Source: an uncultured virus (IMG/VR IMGVR_UViG_3300021960_000064) (taxonomy: Duplodnaviria; Heunggongvirae; Uroviricota; Caudoviricetes). Taken from it: a DNA stretch of 64,000 nt. Below are positions 43,004 through 53,900 of this stretch, in pieces. The DNA lies in the IMG/VR virus record IMGVR_UViG_3300021960_000064, one strand, 5' to 3'. A program made the translations under genes and the position numbers. Under the pieces are notes generated by a model. It searched no databases and had not been told where the DNA came from. It was given only the letters and a program-made list of their open reading frames with translations. Positions within the stretch are counted from its first letter, which is position 1, and every line of letters starts with the position of its first letter.

Positions 43004-44343
43004 CGTTTAAATAACTCATTAACAGCTTGTTGTGGGACAAGAGAAGTTACTCCCGAACCAAAGACAGGGAATAATAAATCTCCGTACAACTGGCTATTTC
43101 TTATAGAAGGATCTAAATTTTGAATTGATCGATTCCTTAAATAATCTCTGTTTCTGTTGTCTGCAAAAACATTATCCATTTGAAACTGAACGTTAGCTGG
43201 CATAGTGTAATTATTAGATGCCCCATAACCGTAGTCTATTGGTTGTTGAATATTAGGTTGAGCAAAACGACTTATGTATTCACCTGCTTGTAAACCAGAC
43301 TGTGTTCCTTGTGGGCTTGTAGCACTATACACAGGTTCATTGGCTTGTGCTGTAGCTTGTGCGTCAGCTGGGTCTTGAGCCAAAAATCTTAAAAATGTGT
43401 CATTGTATTGTTGATTTAATCTAGCTAAGTCTGCACCTGTTGTGGGTGTCAACGTTGGATTAGCAACTGAACTTATCTCTTCGTCAGTAAGACCTGCATC
43501 AGTACCTGTAATTAAATTCATATCTTCAGCTGGTGTTGGTGGAAGGACAACTTGAGGTAAACTACCTATACCAGATGTATCTACTACTGGAGGAGCTGGT
43601 GCTGGTGCTGGTGCTGGTGCTGGTGTTGGCGATGGAACTACTTCCTCAGCAACTTCCTCACTTACTACTTCTACAACTGGGTCTTTAACAGGAGCAACAG
43701 GCATAACTGGGGCTGTAGTTTTTATTTCATCTTCTATTTCCTCTTCTACTGGATCTGTAAACACGGTTGGTATACCAAACATTTGGTCTTTTAACCCAGC
43801 TAATATGTCGTTATAGTTTAAAGTAACTCCAGGAATAGCTCCTAGACCACCACCTAAATCTATACTAGGCGTAGTAAAAGATCCGTCACCAGAAAACATA
43901 GGAATGCCTTCTTTAGACATATTAAGTATTTCTGCAGCTTGTTCTCTAGTTAGTGGTGAACCACCGTCTGCATATCCACGCAAATTTTTAAGTGTATCTG
44001 CCATGCTTTGGTTTGCTTCATTCATTCTTCTTGTATTTCCACCCATGCCTTGTGTCATTTGCAATTCTTTATCAATCATCTTAAGTTCATTAAGCAATGC
44101 CTTAAAAGTTTTTGGATTATCATCTAGAAACTCTCCTCTGTAATAACCCTTTTTAATACTCTCATTTATGTCTCTTCTTCTATCGTGCAAGTTTTCAACC
44201 GCTTCACTTGGATGTCCGTATGGATATTTAGGAATGCCAACAACTTCAACATCAACAGTCTCTGTGTTTTCAGCATCTGTTGGTGTTCCACCGTCTTGCA
44301 TACGCATTAGGGGTTGGTTTTTAAATCTATCGTAAATACTCAT
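43000..44343 (-). CDS. Putative internal virion/ejection protein
   Basis: MQDGG/YADGG motifs, PAPAPA linker; last gene of tail operon. Confidence 0.5.
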   Translation of the reverse strand: MSIYDRFKNQPLMRMQDGGTPTDAENTETVDVEVVGIPKYPYGHPSEAVENLHDRRRDINESIKKGYYRGEFLDDNPKTFKALLNELKMIDKELQMTQGMGGNTRRMNEANQSMADTLKNLRGYADGGSPLTREQAAEILNMSKEGIPMFSGDGSFTTPSIDLGGGLGAIPGVTLNYNDILAGLKDQMFGIPTVFTDPVEEEIEDEIKTTAPVMPVAPVKDPVVEVVSEEVAEEVVPSPTPAPAPAPAPAPPVVDTSGIGSLPQVVLPPTPAEDMNLITGTDAGLTDEEISSVANPTLTPTTGADLARLNQQYNDTFLRFLAQDPADAQATAQANEPVYSATSPQGTQSGLQAGEYISRFAQPNIQQPIDYGYGASNNYTMPANVQFQMDNVFADNRNRDYLRNRSIQNLDPSIRNSQLYGDLLFPVFGSGVTSLVPQQAVNELFKR

Positions 44344-44344
44344 A

Positions 44345-46495
44345 TTAATAATTATACTTTAATTCTATTAGTGGGCTACCGCCTTTGTTCAGTTCTAATC
44401 CTTCTAAATTTATGCTCATGTCAGGAGTAGATATAGGTAACGCACTTGGTTGGTCTGGTTCTGCTTTACTAGTACCGCCTTCTTCTTGTCCATAGTATCT
44501 GCCTAATGCTCTAGCATTAGTCATAAAGGCTTGATTTTCTAAAAACTCTCCACGTTTTATTCTTTTATATAGTTTTTCTGGATTAAGAATCATTTCCTCA
44601 AAACTACCTTTTCTAACTTTACGCCTTACTTGATTTACAGCAGTGATTACCCTACCAGGACGAGTAAAAATTCCGACGTATGCCCTTGCTAAATTAGTAG
44701 TCATCGTCATTAGTTCATCATCACCTATTTTACCACCAACAGACTCTACATTAACACTTTTAATTATTTTATTGTAAGTGTTTAAACCGCTAACAAACTC
44801 GTCTCCAAACACAACTCTGAGACCTTCTCCATGTTGTTGTAAGTATTTACTAATAGCTTCAGGGCTATTGCTTCCTTTTTCTATAAAGTCTCTATAGATT
44901 AATTTTTGAAAATCAGCAATAGATTCTTCTGGTAAAACTTTTAATAATGTTTGTGTATTACTTATTCTACCGTCTTTCCATATTTCATCAAACAATGCTT
45001 CTGGTTCATTTCGATTCATAGCACTTTTTAATTTAAAAGCTAGAGCTTTTTCATCTGTGGGCAAGTTTTTTATATCTTCTAAATCTACATCATTTATAAT
45101 TCTATTGCCGAAACTTTGTTTTAATACAACAGGATCACCTAAATCCAGTATAACAGGATTCACCCCTGTCTCTTCAAAAATTTCATCGTAACCTTGTTTA
45201 ATAACATTTTGTTGCCCAATAACGCTACGTTCAATGTCTACAGCAGTTTCAGCTGAAAGATCAACTTCTCTTTGAAGTATGCCTCTTTGTACTCTCGTTC
45301 CTACATCACTTACGCCCATTACTTGTGGAGTTGTAAGTGTATCAATCACAGCTGCTCCAGCACTAGTGCCAGTTTTTTGTAAATCTTGAGTTGTTTCCCA
45401 TGCATTTACGAAAGTCTCTTTGTCTATACCTATGCTAACAGGGTTAGCCCCCATAAATTTAGCAAAAGTTGCGAAAGCTGCATTACCACCTAATGACCAT
45501 GCAGCAACAACTTTAGAATCATCTATAGCTGTTTGCATTATTTTTTCTGGTGTATAAGTTTCGTCTAATATGCCACGTTCTTTCATACCTTTAAGGTTTT
45601 GATAGCGCCACATAAAGTGAGCCATGGTCTCTCCACCAACTGTAAAAGTTAATGGTGCACCATAAAAACCAGCTGTAGCACCTGCTGCTGTGCCTGCTAA
45701 TTGAAAAAATCCATTGTCTGTTATCGCAGTTGTGCCAGCTAATCCAAGACCACCCCCAACAACACTGCCTTGTACTGGACCAACCGTAGTACCATAAGCA
45801 AACCCTGCTAATCCTGCAGCAATTTCTAAAGCTAACGGTTCCATAACTGCTGTAACATCTGGCCAATCAATACCTGGAGGAGAAACAAATTGTTTGTTTC
45901 CAGTTTCTGGGTCTGTGTAAAGTACTCTATTAGTACGTGGCTCTATTTGTAAATTTAATTGTTCTAAAGTTGATCCAGGGTATGCTTCTAATAACAAGGC
46001 TTTTAATCCTCTGTCTCGTTGGTCAGCTGGTAAATACGCTGCATCTTTTTGTACTTGATACGGTGCACCTTTATCAACATTTATACCAGAACGTTCTACA
46101 GCTTGTATCTCAGCTGTGCGAGGAGAATACAGTTCTTTTAAATTTAAACCGAATGATTGTTGGTCTTCCCTAAGTGGTTGATCGCCAGGAATACCAAGAC
46201 GTATAAGATCTCTTACAGCGTCGATTGGGTTTAAATTAAAATATCTATCTTTTACACTATTCGGTTTACCTAATATTGTGTCGAACACATCTGGACTGAG
46301 ATTAGGAAATTTATCCATTAAATAATTTTTTACGTCAGGAGAAATAAGTTCTCTTTTTTGTGTTTTAGGACCATACCATCCAGGTTCGATTGTTTGTTCT
46401 GGTGGTGGTAAGACCATACCAGGAGGTCTACTATTATCTAGTATTAGCTTTTCGTCTATAACCTCATCAATATCTATAATATCATTTTGTGCCAT
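44345..46495 (-). CDS. Putative ejection (DNA transfer) protein
   Basis: 716 aa with a Gly/Ala-rich hydrophobic segment; position typical of podovirus core proteins. Confidence 0.55.
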   Translation of the reverse strand: MAQNDIIDIDEVIDEKLILDNSRPPGMVLPPPEQTIEPGWYGPKTQKRELISPDVKNYLMDKFPNLSPDVFDTILGKPNSVKDRYFNLNPIDAVRDLIRLGIPGDQPLREDQQSFGLNLKELYSPRTAEIQAVERSGINVDKGAPYQVQKDAAYLPADQRDRGLKALLLEAYPGSTLEQLNLQIEPRTNRVLYTDPETGNKQFVSPPGIDWPDVTAVMEPLALEIAAGLAGFAYGTTVGPVQGSVVGGGLGLAGTTAITDNGFFQLAGTAAGATAGFYGAPLTFTVGGETMAHFMWRYQNLKGMKERGILDETYTPEKIMQTAIDDSKVVAAWSLGGNAAFATFAKFMGANPVSIGIDKETFVNAWETTQDLQKTGTSAGAAVIDTLTTPQVMGVSDVGTRVQRGILQREVDLSAETAVDIERSVIGQQNVIKQGYDEIFEETGVNPVILDLGDPVVLKQSFGNRIINDVDLEDIKNLPTDEKALAFKLKSAMNRNEPEALFDEIWKDGRISNTQTLLKVLPEESIADFQKLIYRDFIEKGSNSPEAISKYLQQHGEGLRVVFGDEFVSGLNTYNKIIKSVNVESVGGKIGDDELMTMTTNLARAYVGIFTRPGRVITAVNQVRRKVRKGSFEEMILNPEKLYKRIKRGEFLENQAFMTNARALGRYYGQEEGGTSKAEPDQPSALPISTPDMSINLEGLELNKGGSPLIELKYNY

Positions 46496-46497
46496 TA

Positions 46498-48939
46498 TTA
46501 ATTACCTGTCTGCGGAGCTTTTTGTAAGAATATTTTAAACGCTATCATTTCTTCTTCTGATAAATTCATTACTAGGTTATCAAAATAAGCGTTTAATTCT
46601 GGTGGTCGGCTTCTTAATGCAGTGTATTTATTAAGTATTTCTCTAAAAGTGCCTTCTAGTTCAGTGTTCGTTTGTAAATCATAGTCTTTAGTAAATCCAA
46701 ACTGTTGTCCTGTTTGACTGTCCATGGTAATTCTAGGATTGTAAGCTATGACATTATCATTGTCTTCGTCTACACTTTTGTCAACTACAAAAGTATTAGG
46801 TGTAATTAATTCACCAGGATTACCCAAACCATATGTGTAAGAAGTTTGATATTTTGTTTCATACTCATCAAGTTCTGATAATGTTTTAGCTACATTACCT
46901 TTAAGAGCTTCTATTCTAGTTTCATCAGGTTGATCATTTTCGTCAGTGATTCTGATTAAGTTAGTTGGTTTTATTAATTGCTTTAAGGCGTTTCTGTTTC
47001 TATTAATTAAGTTACGTCTGAATCTATTTGAAATATCAATAAAAGCGTTAAGTGATCTAGCTTGACCACCTTGTAGTTTGATAAACGATATCATATCTCT
47101 ATCAGAAATAGCTCTTAAATCTAAACCACCTTTGTTAGGAGAATAAGTTGATGCTCCTACTAAAGCTAAATCAAATAAAGCTGCATCTAATGCATCTCCT
47201 ACTACACCATTGTCTTCAAAAAACTTAGCTAAAGGACTTTCTCTAAATTCTGCATAACCTTCTGAGTTAGTAAAATTAGTAAACAAAGCATCTTTAGTTA
47301 CTTTTTCGTCTCCAATATAAAAAGTAGCACCACCGTTTTTAGCGTCACCACCTAACACATTACTAAAAGCCTCAAAATTAATTCTTAGAGAATCTACAAA
47401 TCTAGTTGCAGTACCTGCAAGATTATTGAAAGGTAAATCTTTTGCACCAGGATTAGCTTCTAAAAACTCTTTTAATATTCTATCTTGCTCTCCTGCTGAG
47501 CTAAAATAATTGAATACTGCTTGTTGAGTAGCGTCTGCTACACCTACTAACTCGTCATAGGCTTTTATGCCTTTGCCTTTTAATAAACGTTGCATGCCAG
47601 CTGAACCACTAGTAAAAGCAACTTCACCGTCTGCTCCCATAACGAAATTAAAACCACCGTCGTCTCTATATGCGTCAGGGTTAGCTATAAGTTGTTCCAT
47701 GGTTACTAATTCTTGCTCGCCTGTAGATTTGTTTATAACAAATTTAGGTGCACCTCCAGGAATTCTTGTAAGGTCAAAACCTAATTCTTGTTGTGCTGTG
47801 TATTGATCAGGTGTTAACCATTTATTATCTTGTTGAACACCATCTTTATTTTTTATGCTGTATAATGTTAAATTTGTTGGGTCTTTGTGCCCTTCTCTCA
47901 ATGTCGCTCCACCTTGTCTAGCAGGATCCCAAGCGTTGATTGCATCTTGATCCATCATTGTATGTAAAATGCCACCATCTTGAGTGTACACACTCATAGC
48001 TTGAACATCTGCATTTTTAGCAGGTCTTATATTTTCTGGGAAGTTTTTAGCGTACAGACTAAAAGCTGAATCAGATAAGGGTATAGTTAATTTATCTGTA
48101 AATTCACTATTATTACTTACGTCGTACATTTTAGGAGCTTTTAAACTTTGATCTCTTAACGCTTTATTAAGTGCTGCTTTATTTTTAAAGTCTAACATAC
48201 CAAACTGCATTACTAAGTTATTGTAATCACTATACTTTTGTCTGTCTTCTGCTCGTAATTCTTTTTTGTAATTTAACTCACCTGATTTTTTAGCTGTAAA
48301 ATAAGCTAAAGCACTTTCACTTAAAGCTGTGCTCCAATCATCTCCTTCAGCACCAGATTTAATTAGCTTAGAAGCTAACATTAACCACGGCAGACCTTCA
48401 CTTGGTTTTGGTATATCCTCATTGTATTTTAATTTACCTTGTAATAATTCTGCTGCTGCGTAAATTTGATCCATATCAAAGTCTGTAGGATCTGACGCCA
48501 GTATTTCGCCTTTGGTTTTTATAATGTTTTTTACATCTTTTTCATTACCAGAAGCTAACATTTGAATAGAATCAATTTGACCTGTCTCTTGTCTTTTATC
48601 TAATACAGGTAATACTTCACCTGGGTTAGCTGGATCTGCACCTATATCTTCAACTAGATAGTCGGCTACATCTTGACCTACTAACGCCCCCATCTCTTCA
48701 TTCATAGGGACACTCGGTATACCACTGGGCATCGTTTGAGACAGTTGTCTTCCTGCATTTATAGTAGCAGGCACATTACTTTGTTGAAAACTTGAATCTA
48801 GACCTTGGCTTTGTAACATAGCAGTAACACGCTCTCTAGGTATGCCAGTCTCTTTTATAATAGTTTCCATAGGAATATTACGATCGAGCATGTCCGATGC
48901 TTTTTGTTCGTTTAGAAATCTTAACGGATCAATTGCCAT
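46498..48939 (-). CDS. Putative ejection (DNA transfer) protein
   Basis: 813 aa; same cluster. Confidence 0.55.
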   Translation of the reverse strand: MAIDPLRFLNEQKASDMLDRNIPMETIIKETGIPRERVTAMLQSQGLDSSFQQSNVPATINAGRQLSQTMPSGIPSVPMNEEMGALVGQDVADYLVEDIGADPANPGEVLPVLDKRQETGQIDSIQMLASGNEKDVKNIIKTKGEILASDPTDFDMDQIYAAAELLQGKLKYNEDIPKPSEGLPWLMLASKLIKSGAEGDDWSTALSESALAYFTAKKSGELNYKKELRAEDRQKYSDYNNLVMQFGMLDFKNKAALNKALRDQSLKAPKMYDVSNNSEFTDKLTIPLSDSAFSLYAKNFPENIRPAKNADVQAMSVYTQDGGILHTMMDQDAINAWDPARQGGATLREGHKDPTNLTLYSIKNKDGVQQDNKWLTPDQYTAQQELGFDLTRIPGGAPKFVINKSTGEQELVTMEQLIANPDAYRDDGGFNFVMGADGEVAFTSGSAGMQRLLKGKGIKAYDELVGVADATQQAVFNYFSSAGEQDRILKEFLEANPGAKDLPFNNLAGTATRFVDSLRINFEAFSNVLGGDAKNGGATFYIGDEKVTKDALFTNFTNSEGYAEFRESPLAKFFEDNGVVGDALDAALFDLALVGASTYSPNKGGLDLRAISDRDMISFIKLQGGQARSLNAFIDISNRFRRNLINRNRNALKQLIKPTNLIRITDENDQPDETRIEALKGNVAKTLSELDEYETKYQTSYTYGLGNPGELITPNTFVVDKSVDEDNDNVIAYNPRITMDSQTGQQFGFTKDYDLQTNTELEGTFREILNKYTALRSRPPELNAYFDNLVMNLSEEEMIAFKIFLQKAPQTGN

Positions 48940-48947
48940 GTTTTATC

Positions 48948-50159
48948 CTATGTTGGTCTAGTAGCACCGTAAATTGCTGCTGCTGTACCTATGCCTTGCA
49001 TTAATGAATTACTAGGGCTACTAGTACTAGATTGAGTTAAGTTAGTTCCGCCTAACGCTGGGGCGAACCCTGCAGCAGTTTGACCAAATTGACTAAAGAG
49101 CTGAGTAGGTAAGTTATATTGACCTACAAAGTTTTGATAGTTCATATCTAAGTTAGCTTGATCTAATCCACGTTGCATTCCGCCTATGCCTAATAAAGTT
49201 TGAGTATCTTGGTTTTGTAACCCAGCTAAACCTTGACCGAAACCAGCTAACTGACCGCCTACGTTAGAGCCAAACTGACCTAACCCTAGCCCTGTGGTAG
49301 CTATATCTCGCCCTACTCCACCATATATATTACTTAACCCTGTTCCTAACGCTCCAAGTCCTCCAGCGACGTTACCTTGTTGACCAGCAAAATTACCGTA
49401 TAACTGTGCATTTTGAAGCTGTCTACGTTGTTGCTGTTCGAATGCTTGTTGTGCTTGATTTTGAGCTTGACTAAATCCACCAGCACGTATTCCGCCAACT
49501 GCTTCTGTTGCACCACGACCAAACTGTCGTGCTATCTCTTCTTGATTTAATCTACCTCTACTCCCACCAAACGCACCACTAGCCACTTGATTTGCTCTAT
49601 CTTGTACAGAAGCTATACCAAACTGCCTATCTATATCTTGTAGAGTTTGATCTACTACTTGGTCTTCAAAAGGATTAAAATACCCTTGAGCCATTCCTGG
49701 ATTAAAAGTGTTTGTACCTTGTGAACCTAAATTTTGAGCTGTTCTAAATTGTCCAGGTAACCCCCTTAACATTCCTGCTGCTTCTCTTACCGCACCTGCC
49801 CCTTCCTGACCAGCTTGTTGCATGTATTGAGTACCTATGTCACTGGCTCTTCTTACGTCTGACACACCTTGCTCGGCTAGTTGTTCACCTCTTCTAAAAA
49901 ACGGTTGATAACTACCTATGCCTTCTGCTGCATTTTGAAACCCTTGTCGTTCTGCCCCGCTAAACCCAGCTATACGTGGGTCTGTGTAATTAAACGGAGA
50001 ACCTCCCTCTTGACCCATGCTCTGTAATTTATTAACAAGGTCTTGATTCATCAACGGCATTATTCCAGGGACATTGGCTCCTGGCACACCAGCAAAAAAC
50101 TGTTGTAAATATGCTGGTGGTAAACTTTCCTGTCTTGTGTAAGCTGTCTCTGTAGCCAT
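48948..50159 (-). CDS. Putative ejection protein (Q/G/A-rich)
   Basis: 'YFNPFEDQVV....GAFGGSR' and glycine-zipper-like segments. Confidence 0.6.
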   Translation of the reverse strand: MATETAYTRQESLPPAYLQQFFAGVPGANVPGIMPLMNQDLVNKLQSMGQEGGSPFNYTDPRIAGFSGAERQGFQNAAEGIGSYQPFFRRGEQLAEQGVSDVRRASDIGTQYMQQAGQEGAGAVREAAGMLRGLPGQFRTAQNLGSQGTNTFNPGMAQGYFNPFEDQVVDQTLQDIDRQFGIASVQDRANQVASGAFGGSRGRLNQEEIARQFGRGATEAVGGIRAGGFSQAQNQAQQAFEQQQRRQLQNAQLYGNFAGQQGNVAGGLGALGTGLSNIYGGVGRDIATTGLGLGQFGSNVGGQLAGFGQGLAGLQNQDTQTLLGIGGMQRGLDQANLDMNYQNFVGQYNLPTQLFSQFGQTAAGFAPALGGTNLTQSSTSSPSNSLMQGIGTAAAIYGATRPT

Positions 50160-51112
50160 TATGCTCTTCCTATGCCCATACTTTGAGCTTTGTTTTCATT
50201 TCTATCCATCATAGCGTATAGATTAGCTATGCCTGTGTCGTGGTTTCCGTTACCTATACCTGTTACTGCTTGTTTAGTCATCACGAACTCACCGTCCGCT
50301 AGTAGTGCAGGTACAGTATCTTCATCACCAGAACCTTCTGGGTCATTTATATCACCACCGTTTTCTCTTAAATCCATTTGAGGTATAGAACCACCGTCCA
50401 TTAACTTAGCTATTCCGCCCCCAAACTTAGCTCCTATAGGCTGTTGTTGAAACTCAGGAAAAGCAATATCACCGTAACCTTGATCTAATAAACCAGCGTA
50501 GGTTTGGTTAATAGGGTCATACCCAGCAAAGCTAGAAGCTAATGCATTACCACCTCCAGGTAGTCCTACAGGTATGCCTGCTGTACTATATGCGTTACTT
50601 AATGTAGCTGGTGTTAAACCTCTGGTAAGATAAGGATTTGTTGCTGCTGGCATTTGTGCGTTACCTTCTTCTGCCCCTAACCCACTTAACATTGATCCTC
50701 CAACAGCTGTAACTCCTGCTTTTTGTAAAGGAGTTAAAGAACTAAAACTTAACCCTAAAGGTGTTGTACCATAAGATGTTCCAGTAGCTAAATTTGAGCC
50801 TAAAGAACCTAAATTTTGAAAAAATCCGCCTATACCTTGTTTAGTAGCTGTTGGTGCAGTTCTAGATAAAAAACTTCCACTGCCAGGAGTTATGGTGTCT
50901 GGTGTAATACCAGCCCCTACTGCCATATGAGCACCACCGTAAACTTTAGCTGCACTCGTTAATGAATCTTTAAAACTTCTGCCTTCTGCTGTTGAACCTA
51001 TACCTTGTCCTATAGCAGCACCTGCTGGTCCACCGACTACAAACCCTACAACCGTGGCGATATCTCGTAAGTTTTTCTTAAAGAACTTTCCTACTTTTTT
51101 TAATCCACCCAT
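50159..51112 (-). CDS. Putative ejection protein with C-terminal 'G...D.VPA.LADGEFV' domain
   Basis: Gly-rich N-terminus; 'MDGG....GSGDEDTVPALLADGEFVM'. Confidence 0.6.
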   Translation of the reverse strand: MGGLKKVGKFFKKNLRDIATVVGFVVGGPAGAAIGQGIGSTAEGRSFKDSLTSAAKVYGGAHMAVGAGITPDTITPGSGSFLSRTAPTATKQGIGGFFQNLGSLGSNLATGTSYGTTPLGLSFSSLTPLQKAGVTAVGGSMLSGLGAEEGNAQMPAATNPYLTRGLTPATLSNAYSTAGIPVGLPGGGNALASSFAGYDPINQTYAGLLDQGYGDIAFPEFQQQPIGAKFGGGIAKLMDGGSIPQMDLRENGGDINDPEGSGDEDTVPALLADGEFVMTKQAVTGIGNGNHDTGIANLYAMMDRNENKAQSMGIGRA

Positions 51113-51242
51113 TTACTTTTCCCTGGCTTTCTTTTTAATTTCACGTTCGTTCATCAAAAGTCTGAGGTCATGCCACCTGTAAAACTGTTTATTAACATCA
51201 TCCCAAAACCATCCTTTAAAATCTTGTTGTTTTGTCATTGGA

Positions 51243-51719
51243 TCAGTCATTGTTACTATTATTGTATATCAAACTTACCCAATTAAGAAAGGTTTTTTGA
51301 TCTTTATTGTGTTTCATATAGTTTACCCTTTTACAAACGAGTTGTATATTGCTTATAACGTATTGACCTTCTGGGTCTATACGGTCTATTGATATGTTTG
51401 TCTCTCCTATTTCAGCGTGTGTTCTTACATGCGTCATTTCTACTCCTGAAAGAGCACATTTACCTTCTTGATTGAGATACAGTTGATATATTTCTTTTTT
51501 TCCTATGTCCCACTTATGTCCTTGTTTTTTACGACTGTATCGTAGTTGTACTACTAAGTTACGAATATAACTTTTAGGACTGCGATTCACTCGATGTACC
51601 GCTTGAGCTGTTTTACATTTTAAACATTGACGACGTTTGTGTTTTTGATCAAAAAATATAAAAAGTTTGACTTTTTTACAATCAACACAACGGTGATTAA
51701 TTTTGTTGAGTTGTAACAC
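51243..51719 (-). CDS. HNH-like endonuclease with N-terminal CxxC motifs
   Basis: 'GKCALSG..M....ISIDRIDP...Y...NIQLVC..VN.MK'. Confidence 0.7.
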   Translation of the reverse strand: MLQLNKINHRCVDCKKVKLFIFFDQKHKRRQCLKCKTAQAVHRVNRSPKSYIRNLVVQLRYSRKKQGHKWDIGKKEIYQLYLNQEGKCALSGVEMTHVRTHAEIGETNISIDRIDPEGQYVISNIQLVCKRVNYMKHNKDQKTFLNWVSLIYNNSNND

Positions 51720-52020
51720 TTACCGTGCCCAAACTAGCTGTAGTAGAGTAGCCAGAGTTTGTAGCGTAAAATTGAGACGTAAATAAATCTCTCCATAAAG
51801 TACCATCCCAACATTGTAATGTATTAGTATTTGTATTAAATACTAAAGAGCCGATATTAAAGAACCCTTCATTTCTTTCTACCGTATTCATTTGACGTGT
51901 ATTATCAGGGTCGAACTGCCCTAAGTTGAGTTCTAGTACACGTACTAAACGGTTATACGTATCAGATTCTACCTGAGGAGACAAACTGATGGGTAAACGT
52001 GTAGGCAGTAGTTTGCTCAT
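51697..52020 (-). CDS. Putative tail protein
   Basis: 'GSLVFNT.T..LQ.WDG..W' motif. Confidence 0.55.
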   Translation of the reverse strand: MSKLLPTRLPISLSPQVESDTYNRLVRVLELNLGQFDPDNTRQMNTVERNEGFFNIGSLVFNTNTNTLQCWDGTLWRDLFTSQFYATNSGYSTTASLGTVSVTTQQN

Positions 52021-53900
52021 CTACGTCCATCAGGTTGTACATTAAGTCTTGTAGCTCCTAAACGCCACCCAACATTATCATTACCAGAACTACCAGCGTC
52101 GTCATCAGATTCAAGTCTAAATGTTATTTGTCTAGCTCTAGCTCGTATATCTGCTTTTGAAGTATCTGCAGCAATTTGACTTGTACTAGCTGTAGTTAAT
52201 GTATCTCCTGGATAATCTCTAGTTTTTAATACCAGATTAACTTTACCTGAACTGCTGTTGCTCAAGAATTTAATATCTGGAATAATTCTGTTAATAAAAG
52301 CAAAATTTTCACCATCATCTATATCAACATCACTACTTTCTATAAACACATTTGTCATAGGACTGCCGTCATTATCATAACCAAACTCTTGTTCATACAA
52401 GTAACTACCTGTCGTAGCTCTAGGATAATTTTCTACACCAGAATCTAACCATGCTGTTCTATTTAACTGACCTATAGTCCAGACTTTTTCTGCGTAATTG
52501 TAAATAACATAACGATCAATATCATCAGAACTAGCGGAAGGGTAAAACCAACCTACTTCATTAAATTCACTATTATTGAAAGCAAACACTTTAAAAGCCT
52601 GACCTGGATTAAAGTCATCAAATACATAACTCAAGACACTACAAGGTATTTTTTGCACTGATCCGTTATATACATAAAAACTATCGTAACCCATCCAGTA
52701 AACTCCACTAGAACTGCTAATAGCTCCCTTAGGACTTACAAGACCACTACTGTCATTAATTAAATTTAAACCGAATGTAAACGGTGGTCCAATAAACTGC
52801 ATAGAGTATAAAGCTGTATCAGTCCAGATCAATACTTCTTGTCTAGCTTTTACACCTCCGATAATTTGACTACCTTCAGAAAGTCTTAAACTACCTGCTG
52901 TGTTTGTATTACTGGGATTAAAGTCAAGTGGATTTTCTTGATCACTAAAAGCTATGAGCATAGGATCAATAACTCCTGTTCTAGAACTACCTGATATAGC
53001 ATCAGCTCCTAAAACTATAACATGTCTATCGGTTTCGCTAACAAGAACTTGTAGCCCTAGTGTAGGAACTAAATCTGCTCCGCTTTGTGTGGCTAAGTTA
53101 TAAGCTCTTGTTGTCACACCGTTAGTCGCGTCCCAATAATATACTCCTCCGCCACGTGGATTTATAAGTAAGTCCTCACCGAAATTATCGTGTGACCAAA
53201 GTCTTAACTGATTACCTAAAGTTAAAGCAGTTGTGCTGCCCCATGTACTGTCTCCCCAAAGCCCTACACCCCAACCTGTAGAAGTAACAAAAATATCTAA
53301 TCCTATGGTAACTTGATAAGCCCCTACTGTAGATCCACCACCGTTTCCGCTGTCACCTGCTGCTGCTAAAACTGTAGCTCCACTTGTATCTTTAGCTTCT
53401 ATCGTATAGGAGTTAGCATTTACAATCGTGGCTATTTCATATTCTTGATTTAACACAGCAGCAACAATATTTCCACCTAGACTAACTGCTCCACTATAGG
53501 TAACAAAGTCACCAACTACTGCTCCGTGTGCTGTATCACTAACTGTAATTGTAGCATCTCCGTTGCCTACTTTAGCAAAAGTAACATCCCCAGCACTAGT
53601 GGTAGATCTTAAAGGAGTTATATCGTTAAAAGTTGAACCTTCTTCTATGTAGTATTTTTTGTTTGTGCCTAACCCTAAAAGTTTTGTGCCTGCTAAAGTA
53701 AGCCAACCGTGTAAAGCTCTACATGTACCTAAAAACGTAGTGAGGTTATCTTTACGCCAACCACCTATTTTTTGTGGTCTGCCTGCTTTGAACCTAACTA
53801 AGTTAGCATCAAACCAACCGCCCTCATTATCGTAATCGGTACCTTCTCTAGATACTCCTGGACGAAAAACAAATTTGTTAAGTGGCATTTTGACCCTCAA
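52017..53900 (-). CDS. Tail hub/head-closure (P22 gp10-like stabilisation) protein
   Basis: 627 aa beta-rich; 'FSDQE', 'EVGWFYPS', 'RARARQ', 'WRLG..R...QPDGRR'. Confidence 0.7.
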   Translation of the reverse strand: MRVKMPLNKFVFRPGVSREGTDYDNEGGWFDANLVRFKAGRPQKIGGWRKDNLTTFLGTCRALHGWLTLAGTKLLGLGTNKKYYIEEGSTFNDITPLRSTTSAGDVTFAKVGNGDATITVSDTAHGAVVGDFVTYSGAVSLGGNIVAAVLNQEYEIATIVNANSYTIEAKDTSGATVLAAAGDSGNGGGSTVGAYQVTIGLDIFVTSTGWGVGLWGDSTWGSTTALTLGNQLRLWSHDNFGEDLLINPRGGGVYYWDATNGVTTRAYNLATQSGADLVPTLGLQVLVSETDRHVIVLGADAISGSSRTGVIDPMLIAFSDQENPLDFNPSNTNTAGSLRLSEGSQIIGGVKARQEVLIWTDTALYSMQFIGPPFTFGLNLINDSSGLVSPKGAISSSSGVYWMGYDSFYVYNGSVQKIPCSVLSYVFDDFNPGQAFKVFAFNNSEFNEVGWFYPSASSDDIDRYVIYNYAEKVWTIGQLNRTAWLDSGVENYPRATTGSYLYEQEFGYDNDGSPMTNVFIESSDVDIDDGENFAFINRIIPDIKFLSNSSSGKVNLVLKTRDYPGDTLTTASTSQIAADTSKADIRARARQITFRLESDDDAGSSGNDNVGWRLGATRLNVQPDGRR

